From: Rothia sp. (in: high G+C Gram-positive bacteria)
Lineage (GTDB): Bacteria; Actinomycetota; Actinomycetes; Actinomycetales; Micrococcaceae
Assembly: GCF_030540545.1 (NCBI RefSeq)
Contig: NZ_JAUNVZ010000001.1
Location: 290,130-354,129, forward strand
Direction: 5' to 3'
Length of the DNA: 64,000 nucleotides
Position 1 is the stretch's first letter. Each line of letters opens with the position of its first letter. Below, in pieces: positions 39,423-49,893 of the stretch. The notes beneath the pieces are model-generated. The model saw nothing but the letters and a program-made list of their open reading frames with translations, ran no database searches and had not been told where the DNA came from. Both the position numbers and the translations under genes were made by a program.

Positions 39423-40475
39423 ATGGCTGATACTTCTGCCACCACGCGTAACCCCGGTATTGATTTGGGGCGCACCTGGGCGGTCCTGCTACTGACCCTG
39501 CCCTTTTTGGTGAGCCTGCGCGTTATTCCGGTGAACCGCGCCCCCTGGATTTTCTCGGTCATGCCCGATGCCTCCACTCTTTTTGTGGCTCTGCTGGGTA
39601 TTGCCGCCTATCTTTACGCGCAGAAGACTGCCTTTCCGCAATTTTTTGCCGGAACTATTACCCGTTTCATTGGCCTCTACGCTTTTGGATGGGTGTGGTC
39701 TATGTTCCTGGTTTCCGCGCCGTTTATTCGCTCCGGAGGCGGGTTGCTGGTGCCGAATCTGCTGATTACCTGCTCCGTGGTGACGCTCACCACCGTGATT
39801 TTTGTGTACCTGCCCCTGTGGGCTCAGGTCGCCTATACCGCGCTAATCTGCCCGCACCTGCCTTTTATCGGGGAGGCAGTAAGCAGGGCAGCCGCGCAGG
39901 GCGATATTTTTATTCATCGCTATCTCTCTTTTGTAGTTCCCGCCGATGCGCAGCCGCTGGTGGGTAATGCCCTGGATTATGCGTGGATTGCCAGCGCCGG
40001 TGTGGTGCTGTGGCGCCTCTATGAGGATATGGGCACTAAGCTCGCGGTGCCGGTGGTACTCTTCGCGCTCGCCTATAGCGCCTATGCATGGTTTACCCCG
40101 GCGGCTGTGAAGTGGACGCGCACCCTGCCCTGGCTGACAACTCTGGTAATTATTGCCGCCAGTATTTATGCGTGCGCTGAGCTAGCTCGTCTGCTTGCCG
40201 GTAATGCGCTATTGAATACGGCGCTCATCCCCGGTCAGATGTCGCTGAGTGTTTCCGCTGTGCTGCTGTTGGCGCTAGGTGCCGGTGCGTACCCGGCGTA
40301 TCAGATGATCCTGCCCTATGTGAACGGTACTAGTACCTGGGCGGTGTACGGTTATGCGGTGCTCTTTAGTGCCCTCATGGTGGCTTTGGTGCTGGGTATT
40401 GCGGTGCTGCTGCGTAAGCTAACCGGCCGCGGCCCCTGCGAAACATCCCTGGCTCTTATCTCCGGTAGGGGATAA
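39423..40475 (+). CDS. DUF418 / HGSNAT-like multi-pass membrane protein
   Basis: GIDLGR N-terminal motif, GQMSLS, RGPCE C-terminal motif, about 10 TM. Confidence 0.55.
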   Translation: MADTSATTRNPGIDLGRTWAVLLLTLPFLVSLRVIPVNRAPWIFSVMPDASTLFVALLGIAAYLYAQKTAFPQFFAGTITRFIGLYAFGWVWSMFLVSAPFIRSGGGLLVPNLLITCSVVTLTTVIFVYLPLWAQVAYTALICPHLPFIGEAVSRAAAQGDIFIHRYLSFVVPADAQPLVGNALDYAWIASAGVVLWRLYEDMGTKLAVPVVLFALAYSAYAWFTPAAVKWTRTLPWLTTLVIIAASIYACAELARLLAGNALLNTALIPGQMSLSVSAVLLLALGAGAYPAYQMILPYVNGTSTWAVYGYAVLFSALMVALVLGIAVLLRKLTGRGPCETSLALISGRG

Positions 40476-40742
40476 AGATTCCAACCTCTATCTGAGCGCA
40501 TGCTCTAGAGATTTTCTGCTTCATCAGGCAATAGAGATATAGATAATTCTGTATCTCTCTTTCCCCAGCGATCCTCGTTATCGCCGATCCGGTATTGGCT
40601 CTCTGTACGCAGGGAGCCAATACTTTTGGTTGAGCATCCGCGACGTCTCAATGCCGCGCTGCGGGGAGTGGCGCATCCGGCATCTTCTGTACTGCGAAAT
40701 GGGTAAAACGAAAGGCTCCCTGCAAGCAGAGAGCCTTTCAAG

Positions 40743-40819
40743 TGGTCGGGATGACAGGATTTGAACCTGCGACCTCGTCGTCCCGAACGACGCGCGCTAC
40801 CAAGCTGCGCCACATCCCG
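40743..40819 (-). tRNA. tRNA-Pro (anticodon CGG)
   Basis: CGGGATGTGGCGCAGCTTGGTAGCGCGCGTCGTT-CGG-GACGACGAGGTCGCAGGTTCAAATCCTGTCATCCCGACCA; cloverleaf, GTTCAAATC T-loop, encoded CCA. Confidence 0.97.
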
Positions 40820-40979
40820 ATGGCTTCAGCGTTACCGAAGCAACTCAACAATAGTAACCGATACGCGCCCATTGTGCAAATACATATACCAAAATACGGG
40901 CGTGTATCGCGCCTAGATAGAGCAAAGAGCCGGTACAGGGTGAACTGTACCGGCTCTTTGGACCCATTCCTAAGGGGAA

Positions 40980-43900
40980 TTAGCGGTGATCGTAGCGGTA
41001 AATAAATGCCGCCATAGCATCACGGTGAATGGGTTCCCAGGGACGGTAGGTGCCATCGGGCCAGCCGGTGGTTACCTTCTGGGATGCCAACCAGGAGATT
41101 TCACGGTAGAACATATTCTCTCGGGTTACATCGCTAAAGGGCGATACCGCCGGGGCGTTATAGGCGGGGCTACCGTCGTAGCGGTAGAAGAATGCCGCCA
41201 TGGCGTCGCGGTTGACCGGATCGTGCGGGCGGAAGGTGCCGTCCGGGTAGCCGGTGGTAATGCCCTGCTGCTTCATCCACACAATCTCCTTGTAGAAGGG
41301 GAAGGAGGGATCCACATCGCTAAAGGGCGAAACAGCGGGCAGCTCAACCTTCGGGGATCCCGACATGCGGTAGAAGTATGCCGCCATGGCAGCGCGTTCT
41401 ACATTCTGCAGGGGTCGGAATGTGCCGTCCGGGTAGCCGGTGGTAATACCGCTTGCCGCCAGCCAGTAGATTTCGGTGGAGAAGGTATCTCCATGCTTCA
41501 CATCGCTAAAGGTGCGCGGGGTGGGCAGTGCCGGCTCATTGGGGTTGGCGCTGGGTGCGCTCGCTGAGGGGCTGGGCGTGGGTGCCACGCTCGGCTTGGG
41601 CGAGACAGTGGGAGTAGCGCTCGGGCTGGGCGAAACGGTGGGAGTAGCGCTCGGGCTTGCCGAGGGACTGGGCGCCGGGGTGGGCTCCTCGCTATGGGAG
41701 GGAACGACCGCCTCGCCATTGCTTTCCAGAACCTGCACGCGGGTTAGCGCGTTACCATCCGCATTCTTCAGCCCCTGGGTGCCCGCAGTGGCTGCGGAGG
41801 CATTGTGCATATGCAAGATGAGCGCCTTGGGGGAGGTACCCTCGGCACGGTGCGCGGTCACGGGGGAAGAAGCGGAATCCTCAAAGAGGGACAGGCCGCG
41901 GGTGCTACCTTCAAACCAGAGCTTGGGGGCGTAGGGGTTGAACTCCGCCCAATCGCTATAGCTGGGCATGCCGTCCGGGCTGTACTGGGTGACGGAGCGG
42001 TAGTGAATACCGGCGCCATCCTGCTCAGCCAGACCGAGGGAAGCCAAGGATACGGGCAGAACCGCCATATTGGTGTCGAAAATATTCGAATCGGTGCTAC
42101 CCCATACGCCGTTGACCGGCTTCGCGTCGGCTTCGCGAGAGTAGCCGGTGCGCTTATTGGTCAGCAGCGCCAGGGGGTAGTCTAGGCCGGTGGTGCGGCG
42201 GGTGCGTAGCTCGTAGTCTGCGGTGCCGTCATTATCCGTATCGATTTCAATAGCCATGGAGAAGGACGGGGTCAGTACGGACCAATTGCTCTTGGTGACC
42301 ACCGCAAAGGACAGGGTCGCCGGGGAGCGAGTGTCATTGGCTGCGCGCTTTGCCGGAACATTGGAGGAAGCGCCGGTGTAGGCTACCTGCAGCCACTTGC
42401 CGCCTTCAGAGGTGGACTGATCGGGGTTCTCATAACCCAGCTCAAAAGCACCCAGCAGGGAGTAGTAGCCACCGCGCTTAAGCTCGGTGCCTGAGGGCTT
42501 CAGGGTTGCGGTGGTACCGTTGCCAAATGCCAGAGCATCAGCGGGGTAGGAGAGGGTGGAGGCGGGCTTGGGGGCTGCGTGTACGGGCAGGATCAGGGTG
42601 GAGGTGGAATCGCTAAATTCCAGGTTTCCACTCAAGCTGCTCAGGTACTGGCGTGCTTTGCCCAGCTGGTCGCTTTCACTACCGGAGTCCAGAGTCTTGA
42701 CCAGCTGGTCGGGGTCGACCTTCAGGGTTACGGGAATATTGACCCTGGAGTGCGCCGGGACGGTCACCGAGGACTGCACGGAGAATTCGGCACCGCGCAG
42801 GGAACCGGCACGATCAGCATAGGAAATAGAGAAGGTACGTTCTTTATCCCCGGTGTTTTCCACCGTAACTTCACGGGTGTAGGTACGGGTACCGCTGCCG
42901 GGGACAACTTCAATCACACCGAACGCCAGGGAGACGTATTCGGGGTGCTGCGCATTGTACACATAGGAATTTTCGGTGTTTGCCAGGGCCGCGTCCACAC
43001 GACCGGCACCAATACGGTCACCGCCCAGGGATTCACCATGAGGGCCGGTAACAGTACCGCGCGCGGTATTCATAATACGCATTTTGACCTGCTGCGCGCT
43101 CATGGCGGGGTTCGCTGCCATAAGCTGAGCGGCAATACCTGCAACATGCGGGGTAGACATGGAGGTACCGGTCATCTGAGCGGCATTGGATCCGCCGCCA
43201 GCTTCCGCCGATTCAATGCGGGTACCGGGGGCGGAGACATCGGGCTTCACAAAGCCGTAGGAGCCGTGCAGACCGCGCGAGGTGGACTCGGCAATGGTGT
43301 CCTTGGAAGAGAAATCCAGGGCAATATTCTGCCAGGGAGCGGCCATTTCAATCTGCAGGGTGCCCGCTGCGGCAGCCTGCTCGAACTTCTTTGCCTGCTC
43401 GGTGGTGATCTGAATGCTCGGAATGGTCGCGTGACCGGAAATCGGCTTGGTGTCGTGCTCGGGAGCTACCAGCAGCACGCCCTTAGCGCCGGCTGCGCCG
43501 GCTGCCGCCACGCGCTGGGTGGAACCGCAGGAGCTATCCTGGCCCTTAGCCTCCCAGTAGAGCAGCGCCCATTTACCGGCGAAATCAGTACCCACAAAGG
43601 GCTGGCAGCCGGTCTTATTGGATTCGGGGGCAGCGGTGACGGTACCGTTAATGTGCTCATCTCCGCGGGCGAACGTATAGGAGTAGCCGTAGGATCCCGC
43701 GTAGTCACCGGCAATATCCGCCGGGGAGGTCACACGGTAGCGGTCGCCTCGGGTAATACCCGCCTGGGAGTTTGCCACGGTCAATGCCGCGGGGTTATTG
43801 GCGGGGGCGCCCAGAATGGAGTAGGCGTCGCCGTGGTTTAGGTTCGCCGCCGCGTTGCCTGCGGCAACCACTGCCAGTACATCGGCGTCTACCAGACGCT

Positions 43901-45065
43901 GAAGCATGAGGGATTCGGGGTCGTCGATAACGGAGTAGTCGCTACCTAGGGAGAGGTTTACAATATCGGCGCGGTCGCTAAAATCACCGTCACCATTGGG
44001 ATCCAGGGCACGGTCCATTGCCTCACCGGCAACAGCCGATGCGCCCTTACAACCGAAGACGCGCAGGGCAACCAGGCGTGCCTCGGGAGCCGAACCCGGG
44101 CCGATCTTCATCTGCTGCACGCTCTCGGTGGTCAGCTGATCGTAGGCGCCGCGGAAAGTGGTGCCGTCGGAGTTCACGCCGTAACCGGCCGCGGTACCGG
44201 CAACATGGCTGCCGTGGCCCGCATCGGAGCAATCCAGGGGGTTGGAGTCCGGAGCCGGGGTGTTATACCCGGTGTAGGCATCGCCTACGAGGTCATAGCC
44301 ACCGGCGAATTTTGCCGGGTCGTATAGACCTGCGGGGATACCCGAGGATGCCTTGGCACGCTGGTAGGCTGCCGCGGTGCCCGGACCGCCGAAATCACTG
44401 TGGGTGTAGTCGATACCGGTGTCGATCACGGCAATGGTCACGCCCTTACCGGTGGCGTGGCTCTGCTGCCATGCCTGCACGGCGTGGGTGTTGACATCGG
44501 AGACGGAGTTGCTCGGGTACTTGAGCACCACGGGGGAAATACGCACCACATCTGCTCGGGTGGCGAGCGCACGAATGGCTTCGGCGTCACCGGACAATGC
44601 TACGCCACGCTGCAAATTGTGGGTGGTGTACAGAACCTGCGCATTGCTCTCGGCAGCCAGCTGTGCGCCCTGCGACTGCACCTGCGCCTGAATGCTCTTG
44701 ACCGCCGCACTTTGGGAAGCGGGGGCTACTTCGCGGCCGAGGGTAAAGGAGGAGTAGAAACCTGCGGTTGCGGCGTAAGCGCCGGAGCCTGCGAGTTCAA
44801 CAAAGGCGGTGACCTGGCCTTGAGCTTCCTGTATGGAGGGGGAAATAACCGCGCCATCGCGCACACCGGCGGCGGGTGTTTTCACGCTCTGGTCAATAGC
44901 TGCCGGGGTGGGTTCGCTGGAGGCGGGCGCGGCAAATGCCGGGGCGCCGCCAATGCTCATGGTTAGGGAGAGCACGCCAATTCCCAGGGCGCGCAGGACA
45001 GAGGAAGTTCGCGCGCTCGGGGTATCGGCGCGGCTATCTCGCTCGCGCCTAAAGAATATGTTCAT
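40980..45065 (-). CDS. Secreted subtilisin-family (S8) protease with PA domain and three C-terminal SLH domains
   Basis: Catalytic triad IDTGID / GHGSHVAG / GTSMSTPHVAG; PA insert; P/S/T stalk; three FSDV...GITTGYPDGTFRP SLH repeats; start ATG 45065. Confidence 0.92.
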   Translation of the reverse strand: MNIFFRRERDSRADTPSARTSSVLRALGIGVLSLTMSIGGAPAFAAPASSEPTPAAIDQSVKTPAAGVRDGAVISPSIQEAQGQVTAFVELAGSGAYAATAGFYSSFTLGREVAPASQSAAVKSIQAQVQSQGAQLAAESNAQVLYTTHNLQRGVALSGDAEAIRALATRADVVRISPVVLKYPSNSVSDVNTHAVQAWQQSHATGKGVTIAVIDTGIDYTHSDFGGPGTAAAYQRAKASSGIPAGLYDPAKFAGGYDLVGDAYTGYNTPAPDSNPLDCSDAGHGSHVAGTAAGYGVNSDGTTFRGAYDQLTTESVQQMKIGPGSAPEARLVALRVFGCKGASAVAGEAMDRALDPNGDGDFSDRADIVNLSLGSDYSVIDDPESLMLQRLVDADVLAVVAAGNAAANLNHGDAYSILGAPANNPAALTVANSQAGITRGDRYRVTSPADIAGDYAGSYGYSYTFARGDEHINGTVTAAPESNKTGCQPFVGTDFAGKWALLYWEAKGQDSSCGSTQRVAAAGAAGAKGVLLVAPEHDTKPISGHATIPSIQITTEQAKKFEQAAAAGTLQIEMAAPWQNIALDFSSKDTIAESTSRGLHGSYGFVKPDVSAPGTRIESAEAGGGSNAAQMTGTSMSTPHVAGIAAQLMAANPAMSAQQVKMRIMNTARGTVTGPHGESLGGDRIGAGRVDAALANTENSYVYNAQHPEYVSLAFGVIEVVPGSGTRTYTREVTVENTGDKERTFSISYADRAGSLRGAEFSVQSSVTVPAHSRVNIPVTLKVDPDQLVKTLDSGSESDQLGKARQYLSSLSGNLEFSDSTSTLILPVHAAPKPASTLSYPADALAFGNGTTATLKPSGTELKRGGYYSLLGAFELGYENPDQSTSEGGKWLQVAYTGASSNVPAKRAANDTRSPATLSFAVVTKSNWSVLTPSFSMAIEIDTDNDGTADYELRTRRTTGLDYPLALLTNKRTGYSREADAKPVNGVWGSTDSNIFDTNMAVLPVSLASLGLAEQDGAGIHYRSVTQYSPDGMPSYSDWAEFNPYAPKLWFEGSTRGLSLFEDSASSPVTAHRAEGTSPKALILHMHNASAATAGTQGLKNADGNALTRVQVLESNGEAVVPSHSEEPTPAPSPSASPSATPTVSPSPSATPTVSPKPSVAPTPSPSASAPSANPNEPALPTPRTFSDVKHGDTFSTEIYWLAASGITTGYPDGTFRPLQNVERAAMAAYFYRMSGSPKVELPAVSPFSDVDPSFPFYKEIVWMKQQGITTGYPDGTFRPHDPVNRDAMAAFFYRYDGSPAYNAPAVSPFSDVTRENMFYREISWLASQKVTTGWPDGTYRPWEPIHRDAMAAFIYRYDHR

Positions 45066-45197
45066 TGCTGGTCCTTTGAATGTGGTGATGCACAAACATG
45101 TAGGTGGCGGGCCTGTAGCCGGGGCGTTAGACCCGCCACCTAAAAACTATAGTGAATGTGATTCGAGATATAAATCTCGGTTTAGGGGCGCACTGCC

Positions 45198-47714
45198 CTA
45201 AGCGCGCGGGCGCTTATTCTTGAGGTGCTCATAGCGGTAGATAAACACCGCCATGGCATCGCGATTAATCGCGGTGGTCGGGCGGTAGGTGCCGTCATCC
45301 CAACCGGTGGTAATGCCCTGGGAAGCCAACCACTGAATCTCGTGGTAGAACATCGTATTCGGGTTAACATCCTTAAAATGCGCCTGAGGATCAACGCGCG
45401 GGCTCGCGTGGTCATAGCGGAAGAAGAACGCCGCCATGGCATCGCGATTGACCGGATCGTGCGGGCGGAAAGTGCCGTCATCCCAACCGGTGGTAATACC
45501 CTGCTGCTTCATCCACACAATCTCCTTGTAGAAGGGGAAGGAGGGATCCACATCCTTGAACGGCGAAACAGCGGGCAGCTCAACCTTCGGGGAGCCCGCC
45601 ATGCGGTAGAAATATGCCGCCATGGCAGCGCGTTCCACGCTCTGCAGGGGTCGGAAGGTGCCGTCCGGGTAGCCGGTGGTAATACCCATCTTTGCCAGCC
45701 ACTGAATCTCATCGTAGAACTGGGTGGTGGGCGGAACATCCCTAAAAATCGGGGCGCTGGGGATTTCCGGTTCGGGGGTGGGTTCAGGCTTGGGTTTAGG
45801 CTTCGGCTCGGGGGTAGGCTCGGGCTTTTCGGGCGCACCCTTAAGGCTAATATTCAGCGCCGCGTGAGTATCGGTGACGGTCATACCGTAGTGTGCACCG
45901 GTCACGCCCAGCACATACTCCTTGGTCGAATCGAGCAGATTCGCATCAATCACCAGATCGGTCTCAAAGGCGCCATCCACCAGGGTAGGGATATGCAGGT
46001 AGGTGACCATATCGCGCACCAGGGAACGCGAAGGTACCTGGCCGGGCTGCCACTTGCTCTTTTCCACCACGAACACATACACGCCCGCATCGGTACCCAC
46101 GCCCTTATAGCCGCTGCCCTTGACATGCACAGTGTTCTTCTGTGCCGGATCCAGGCTCAGCGGGGAGGCAGAAATCACCGGGTTGGCGCGTTCCACCGGC
46201 TTGGAGGGCTCGGGCTCGGGGGTCGGTTCGGGAGTGGGCTCCGGGGTCGGATTGGAGCTGGAACCAGGCATAGTGTAGGGGTCCGAAGGCAGGGAGGGCG
46301 CGCTCTCACCATTGGCGTTAATCGCGTAAATCACCGCGGTGTAGGTCTCGCCGGGGGTGTAGTGATTGCTTAGCGCCATAAAGCCCGCGTCGGTGTCATT
46401 GCCCTCGACCATAATCTCGGTGGTCTTACCCTTAGAATCGGTGAGCACAATGCGGTAGGAGGTAATGGGCGAGCCACCATCATCGGGCTTGACCCACCAC
46501 AGCGCCGGAATAATACCGGCAATGGGCAGAATAATCGGCTTATGAGGGGCAGCCGGTACGGTGCTTACGGGCTTAACCTCAAAAACATTGGAGAAGGTGC
46601 CGGTGGAGAACACCGGGTACAGCTCAGAGGCGGAGGCGCGAATACCCGCCTTGACCTCCACTACATAGGAGCCGTCCTTGACGTCCAAAAAGTCCACGCT
46701 GGTGGTGCCAGCGCCCAGGGAACGCTTATCCACGAAGGAACGGGAGGTGCCGTCCACACGGTAGAGAGTCACATCGTAGTCAGTAATACGCTGATCCAGT
46801 GCCGGTGCCTTCCAGGAAGCGTGCACGGTGCGCTTGGATACGCTGGCGTTCACACTATCGACCGGGGCTGCCCCAATATTCAGGGCGGTGGTGGCATCCA
46901 GACGGCGATCGGTCATCATCTTAGAACCGGCTGCCAGGGTGCCGATCACGTAGTGTTCGCCATGGCTTAGCGGCAGCTCGCTCGCTGCAATATCCAGGGT
47001 TGCATTAAAGGTGCCGTTCTTAATATCGGAAGCGGGCACGAAAACCGAGCGGGTAAATGCACCCTCGCTCGGGCGCTTGCCCGCACGCCAGGCATCGGCC
47101 TTGGCAACCACCACGTACACCCCATCGCTGGCGGCGCCACCGGTGTAGCCCACGCCCGAAACACTCAGCTGAGCATCCTTACCGGCGGTTACGGTACCGG
47201 AGACGCTCAACTGCACGGCGCCGGGATCTTCACTGAGTTCCAGGGGCGCGCTGGGCGCGGATTCATACCACTGACCGTTGATCAGGCCCGAAACGGTCAC
47301 AGTGTAGGTGCCGCCGGCGGGCAGTGCCTCAATGCGGGCTTCGTGCTCCCAGTAGTTGGCGGTGCGGGTGGCGATCACCTTGTGTTCGGAGTTGTAGACC
47401 TGAATCTTGAAATCGCCGTAGCGACCCACCAGCTGGGAATTGGACCAGGAGATTTCCAGAACACTGGAGGAGAGTACGCTCTCAACCTCAATACGGGGTG
47501 CCTTAATATCGACGGCGGGTTCGGGTGCGGTAATGGGGGCAGCCTGAGCCGGGGTGGCGAGGGCAGGACCGCAGGCCAAGGTGAGTCCCAAGGTCAGGCT
47601 CAGGGCTCCTGCGGCGCTCTGCTTAAAGCTACGAGGCTTAAAGCTGCGGGGCTTGGGGCCTGCGGTGTGTGAGGATGCCGCTGCCGGGGTGTGCGCATCA
47701 TTGCGGGGTATCAT
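45198..47714 (-). CDS. Surface protein with FN3/Ig-like domains and three SLH domains
   Basis: Signal peptide; three FN3-like units (SW...Y.V; DDGGSPITSY; AINANGES); two G.GY.G...GVYV Ig-like repeats; PEPT linkers; three SLH repeats. Confidence 0.8.
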   Translation of the reverse strand: MIPRNDAHTPAAASSHTAGPKPRSFKPRSFKQSAAGALSLTLGLTLACGPALATPAQAAPITAPEPAVDIKAPRIEVESVLSSSVLEISWSNSQLVGRYGDFKIQVYNSEHKVIATRTANYWEHEARIEALPAGGTYTVTVSGLINGQWYESAPSAPLELSEDPGAVQLSVSGTVTAGKDAQLSVSGVGYTGGAASDGVYVVVAKADAWRAGKRPSEGAFTRSVFVPASDIKNGTFNATLDIAASELPLSHGEHYVIGTLAAGSKMMTDRRLDATTALNIGAAPVDSVNASVSKRTVHASWKAPALDQRITDYDVTLYRVDGTSRSFVDKRSLGAGTTSVDFLDVKDGSYVVEVKAGIRASASELYPVFSTGTFSNVFEVKPVSTVPAAPHKPIILPIAGIIPALWWVKPDDGGSPITSYRIVLTDSKGKTTEIMVEGNDTDAGFMALSNHYTPGETYTAVIYAINANGESAPSLPSDPYTMPGSSSNPTPEPTPEPTPEPEPSKPVERANPVISASPLSLDPAQKNTVHVKGSGYKGVGTDAGVYVFVVEKSKWQPGQVPSRSLVRDMVTYLHIPTLVDGAFETDLVIDANLLDSTKEYVLGVTGAHYGMTVTDTHAALNISLKGAPEKPEPTPEPKPKPKPEPTPEPEIPSAPIFRDVPPTTQFYDEIQWLAKMGITTGYPDGTFRPLQSVERAAMAAYFYRMAGSPKVELPAVSPFKDVDPSFPFYKEIVWMKQQGITTGWDDGTFRPHDPVNRDAMAAFFFRYDHASPRVDPQAHFKDVNPNTMFYHEIQWLASQGITTGWDDGTYRPTTAINRDAMAVFIYRYEHLKNKRPRA

Positions 47715-47876
47715 GATTCCTCCCAGAAGTCATGAGGTTCGTCGGGTGAATGGGTGATGGTTCCCAAGGTCATCGTCAGGGTGACTTTAGGTGAACCATA
47801 CACAGTTAATCTACCGCTTTTTCTAGCCCCGCGGTACTTTATGACAGGCACTTTTTTGCTCTCGAGCCGGGTGCTA

Positions 47877-47922
47877 AAAAGCCGGGGTGTGCAGTACTTG
47901 AGCACTGTACACCCCGGCTTTT
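47877..47922 (-). terminator. Terminator after the ABC transporter pair
   Basis: AAAAGCCGGGGTGT...ACACCCCGGCTTTT. Confidence 0.75.
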
Positions 47923-48042
47923 CGCGGGATAATGACTGGTTCTCTGTGCTTGAGTGGAACAGTTTTAGTGACAGGCTGTCATTGAAATCACATCAGGGGA
48001 AGTGTATAAACTTACGCCCCTTAGCTTCTTCCAAGCTAACAA

Positions 48043-49893
48043 CTATCCCTCAGAGTCTGGACCGTTCAACTGCTCCCAAGCGCTATACAGAACAGCAAAA
48101 CGGCCACCGGCAGCAATCAACTCTTCAGGGCTACCATCTTCCACAATAGAACCCTCAGCAATCACCAACACGCGATCAGAGTTCACCACGGTCGAAAGCC
48201 TGTGGGCAATCACCACCGAAGTACGACCTGCCAGCAAAGTAGCCAGGGCGCGCTGAACCGCCTTCTCACTGGGAATATCTAAAGAGGCAGTAGCCTCATC
48301 CAGAATCACCACATTCGGATCCGCCAAGAAAACACGAGCAAAGGTTACCAACTGACGCTGACCCGCCGAAAGATTCGCGCCTCCCTGACCGAGCATAGTG
48401 TCATAACCCTCAGGCAGATGACGAATAAACTCATCGGCACCCACCGCAGCGGCAGCGGCACGCACCTGCTCATCACTTGCTTCGGGATTGCCTAGGCGAA
48501 TATTATCGGCAACCGTGGCGGAGAAGAGGAAAACCTCCTGGGTGAGCATAATAACCTCGCGGCGCAATTGCTCATCCGAGAGCTCACGCACATCCACACC
48601 ATCTAGCAGCAGACGACCTGCAGAGACATCATAAAAACGAGCCATGAGCTTGACCAGAGTGGACTTACCGGCACCCGTGGGCCCCACCAGAGCCACCTGG
48701 CTACCGGGCTCAATGACCATATCGGTACGCGTAAACGCCGGGTGACCCTCAAAGTAGCTAAACTCCACAGCCTGCAGCTCAATCTCGCCACGCTTGACTC
48801 CCGGAAGAAGCTCGGCGCGCGCATCACGCTCCACCGGGTGCTCAGCCTGCTCAACAGCCGGTTTCTGATCCAAAAAGCCCGAAATTTTCTCCAGAGCACT
48901 AAAGGCCATCTGAATCAGGTTATAAAACTCAGAAAGCACCATCACCGGTTCAAAAACACGACCGGCATAAATCACCAGAGCCAGCAGAGTACCCACCTGC
49001 ATGGTGCCACCCATGACCGCATAGCCACCGATCACCAGAGCCGCCGCAATAAAGAAATTACCAATGAGCATAAGTCCCGGCGAGAACATGCCAAAGTACT
49101 TCACCGAATCCATCACCGGCACGCGGTAATCCTCAGCAGCTTGCCCATAAGAGGCACGAGCGGCACTCTGAGAACCAAAAGCCTTGACCGCACGAATACC
49201 GCCAAAGGTCTCATTAAAACGACCGGTCAGCTTAGCCGACTCCACACGCTGAGCACGGAAAATAGGCACCGCCGCACGCTGGAACCAACGAGAGAGCAGA
49301 TAAATCGGCCCGCTCATTACCAGCATGAGCACACCAATACGCCAATCCAGCACAAAAATAGTAATCGCCGAAAAGAGCATGGACAGCAAGGTCGCCGCCA
49401 GCTGGCTAATACCGCTATCAAGCAGGGCACGCACAGCATCCACATCCCCGGTCAAACGAGAAATCACCTTGCCGGAGGTGTACTCCTCGTGGAATGAGAC
49501 GCTGAGCTTCTGAGCGTGGCTAAAGAGGCGGGTACGCAAATAAATGAGCACACGCAAGGAAATCTTCGCGGTCAAAATAATATTCAACCAGGTCAGCAGA
49601 GCGCTGATGAGCACCATGGCGCTAAAGAGCAACACCAGCTGAGTTAATGGTGCGCTATTACCCTCCAGCAGGGGAGTGACCGCGGTATCCAACGCCTGCG
49701 CCAAAATCAGAGGCTGCACGGTCGCCGCCAAGGTAGCAATAAGCACCGTGGCAATAGAGCCCCACAGAATTACGCGCTGAGGGCGAATAATTTCGTGCAG
49801 CAACGCCCAGGAGCGCTCGCGGGCAAGCTTCTGTTCTTCTTCGCTGAGCTGTACTTTATCCTCAGCACCCAGACCTGCAGGATGTCCCGACAT
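48043..49893 (-). CDS. ABC exporter subunit (TMD+NBD), heterodimeric multidrug type
   Basis: 6 TM, GPTGAGKST, LSAGQRQL, ILDEAT. Confidence 0.9.
   Translation of the reverse strand: MSGHPAGLGAEDKVQLSEEEQKLARERSWALLHEIIRPQRVILWGSIATVLIATLAATVQPLILAQALDTAVTPLLEGNSAPLTQLVLLFSAMVLISALLTWLNIILTAKISLRVLIYLRTRLFSHAQKLSVSFHEEYTSGKVISRLTGDVDAVRALLDSGISQLAATLLSMLFSAITIFVLDWRIGVLMLVMSGPIYLLSRWFQRAAVPIFRAQRVESAKLTGRFNETFGGIRAVKAFGSQSAARASYGQAAEDYRVPVMDSVKYFGMFSPGLMLIGNFFIAAALVIGGYAVMGGTMQVGTLLALVIYAGRVFEPVMVLSEFYNLIQMAFSALEKISGFLDQKPAVEQAEHPVERDARAELLPGVKRGEIELQAVEFSYFEGHPAFTRTDMVIEPGSQVALVGPTGAGKSTLVKLMARFYDVSAGRLLLDGVDVRELSDEQLRREVIMLTQEVFLFSATVADNIRLGNPEASDEQVRAAAAAVGADEFIRHLPEGYDTMLGQGGANLSAGQRQLVTFARVFLADPNVVILDEATASLDIPSEKAVQRALATLLAGRTSVVIAHRLSTVVNSDRVLVIAEGSIVEDGSPEELIAAGGRFAVLYSAWEQLNGPDSEG

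Noticed and set aside
40476-40742. Prophage or island attachment at tRNA-Pro
   Set aside because: No integrase and no duplicated tRNA 3' end in the window
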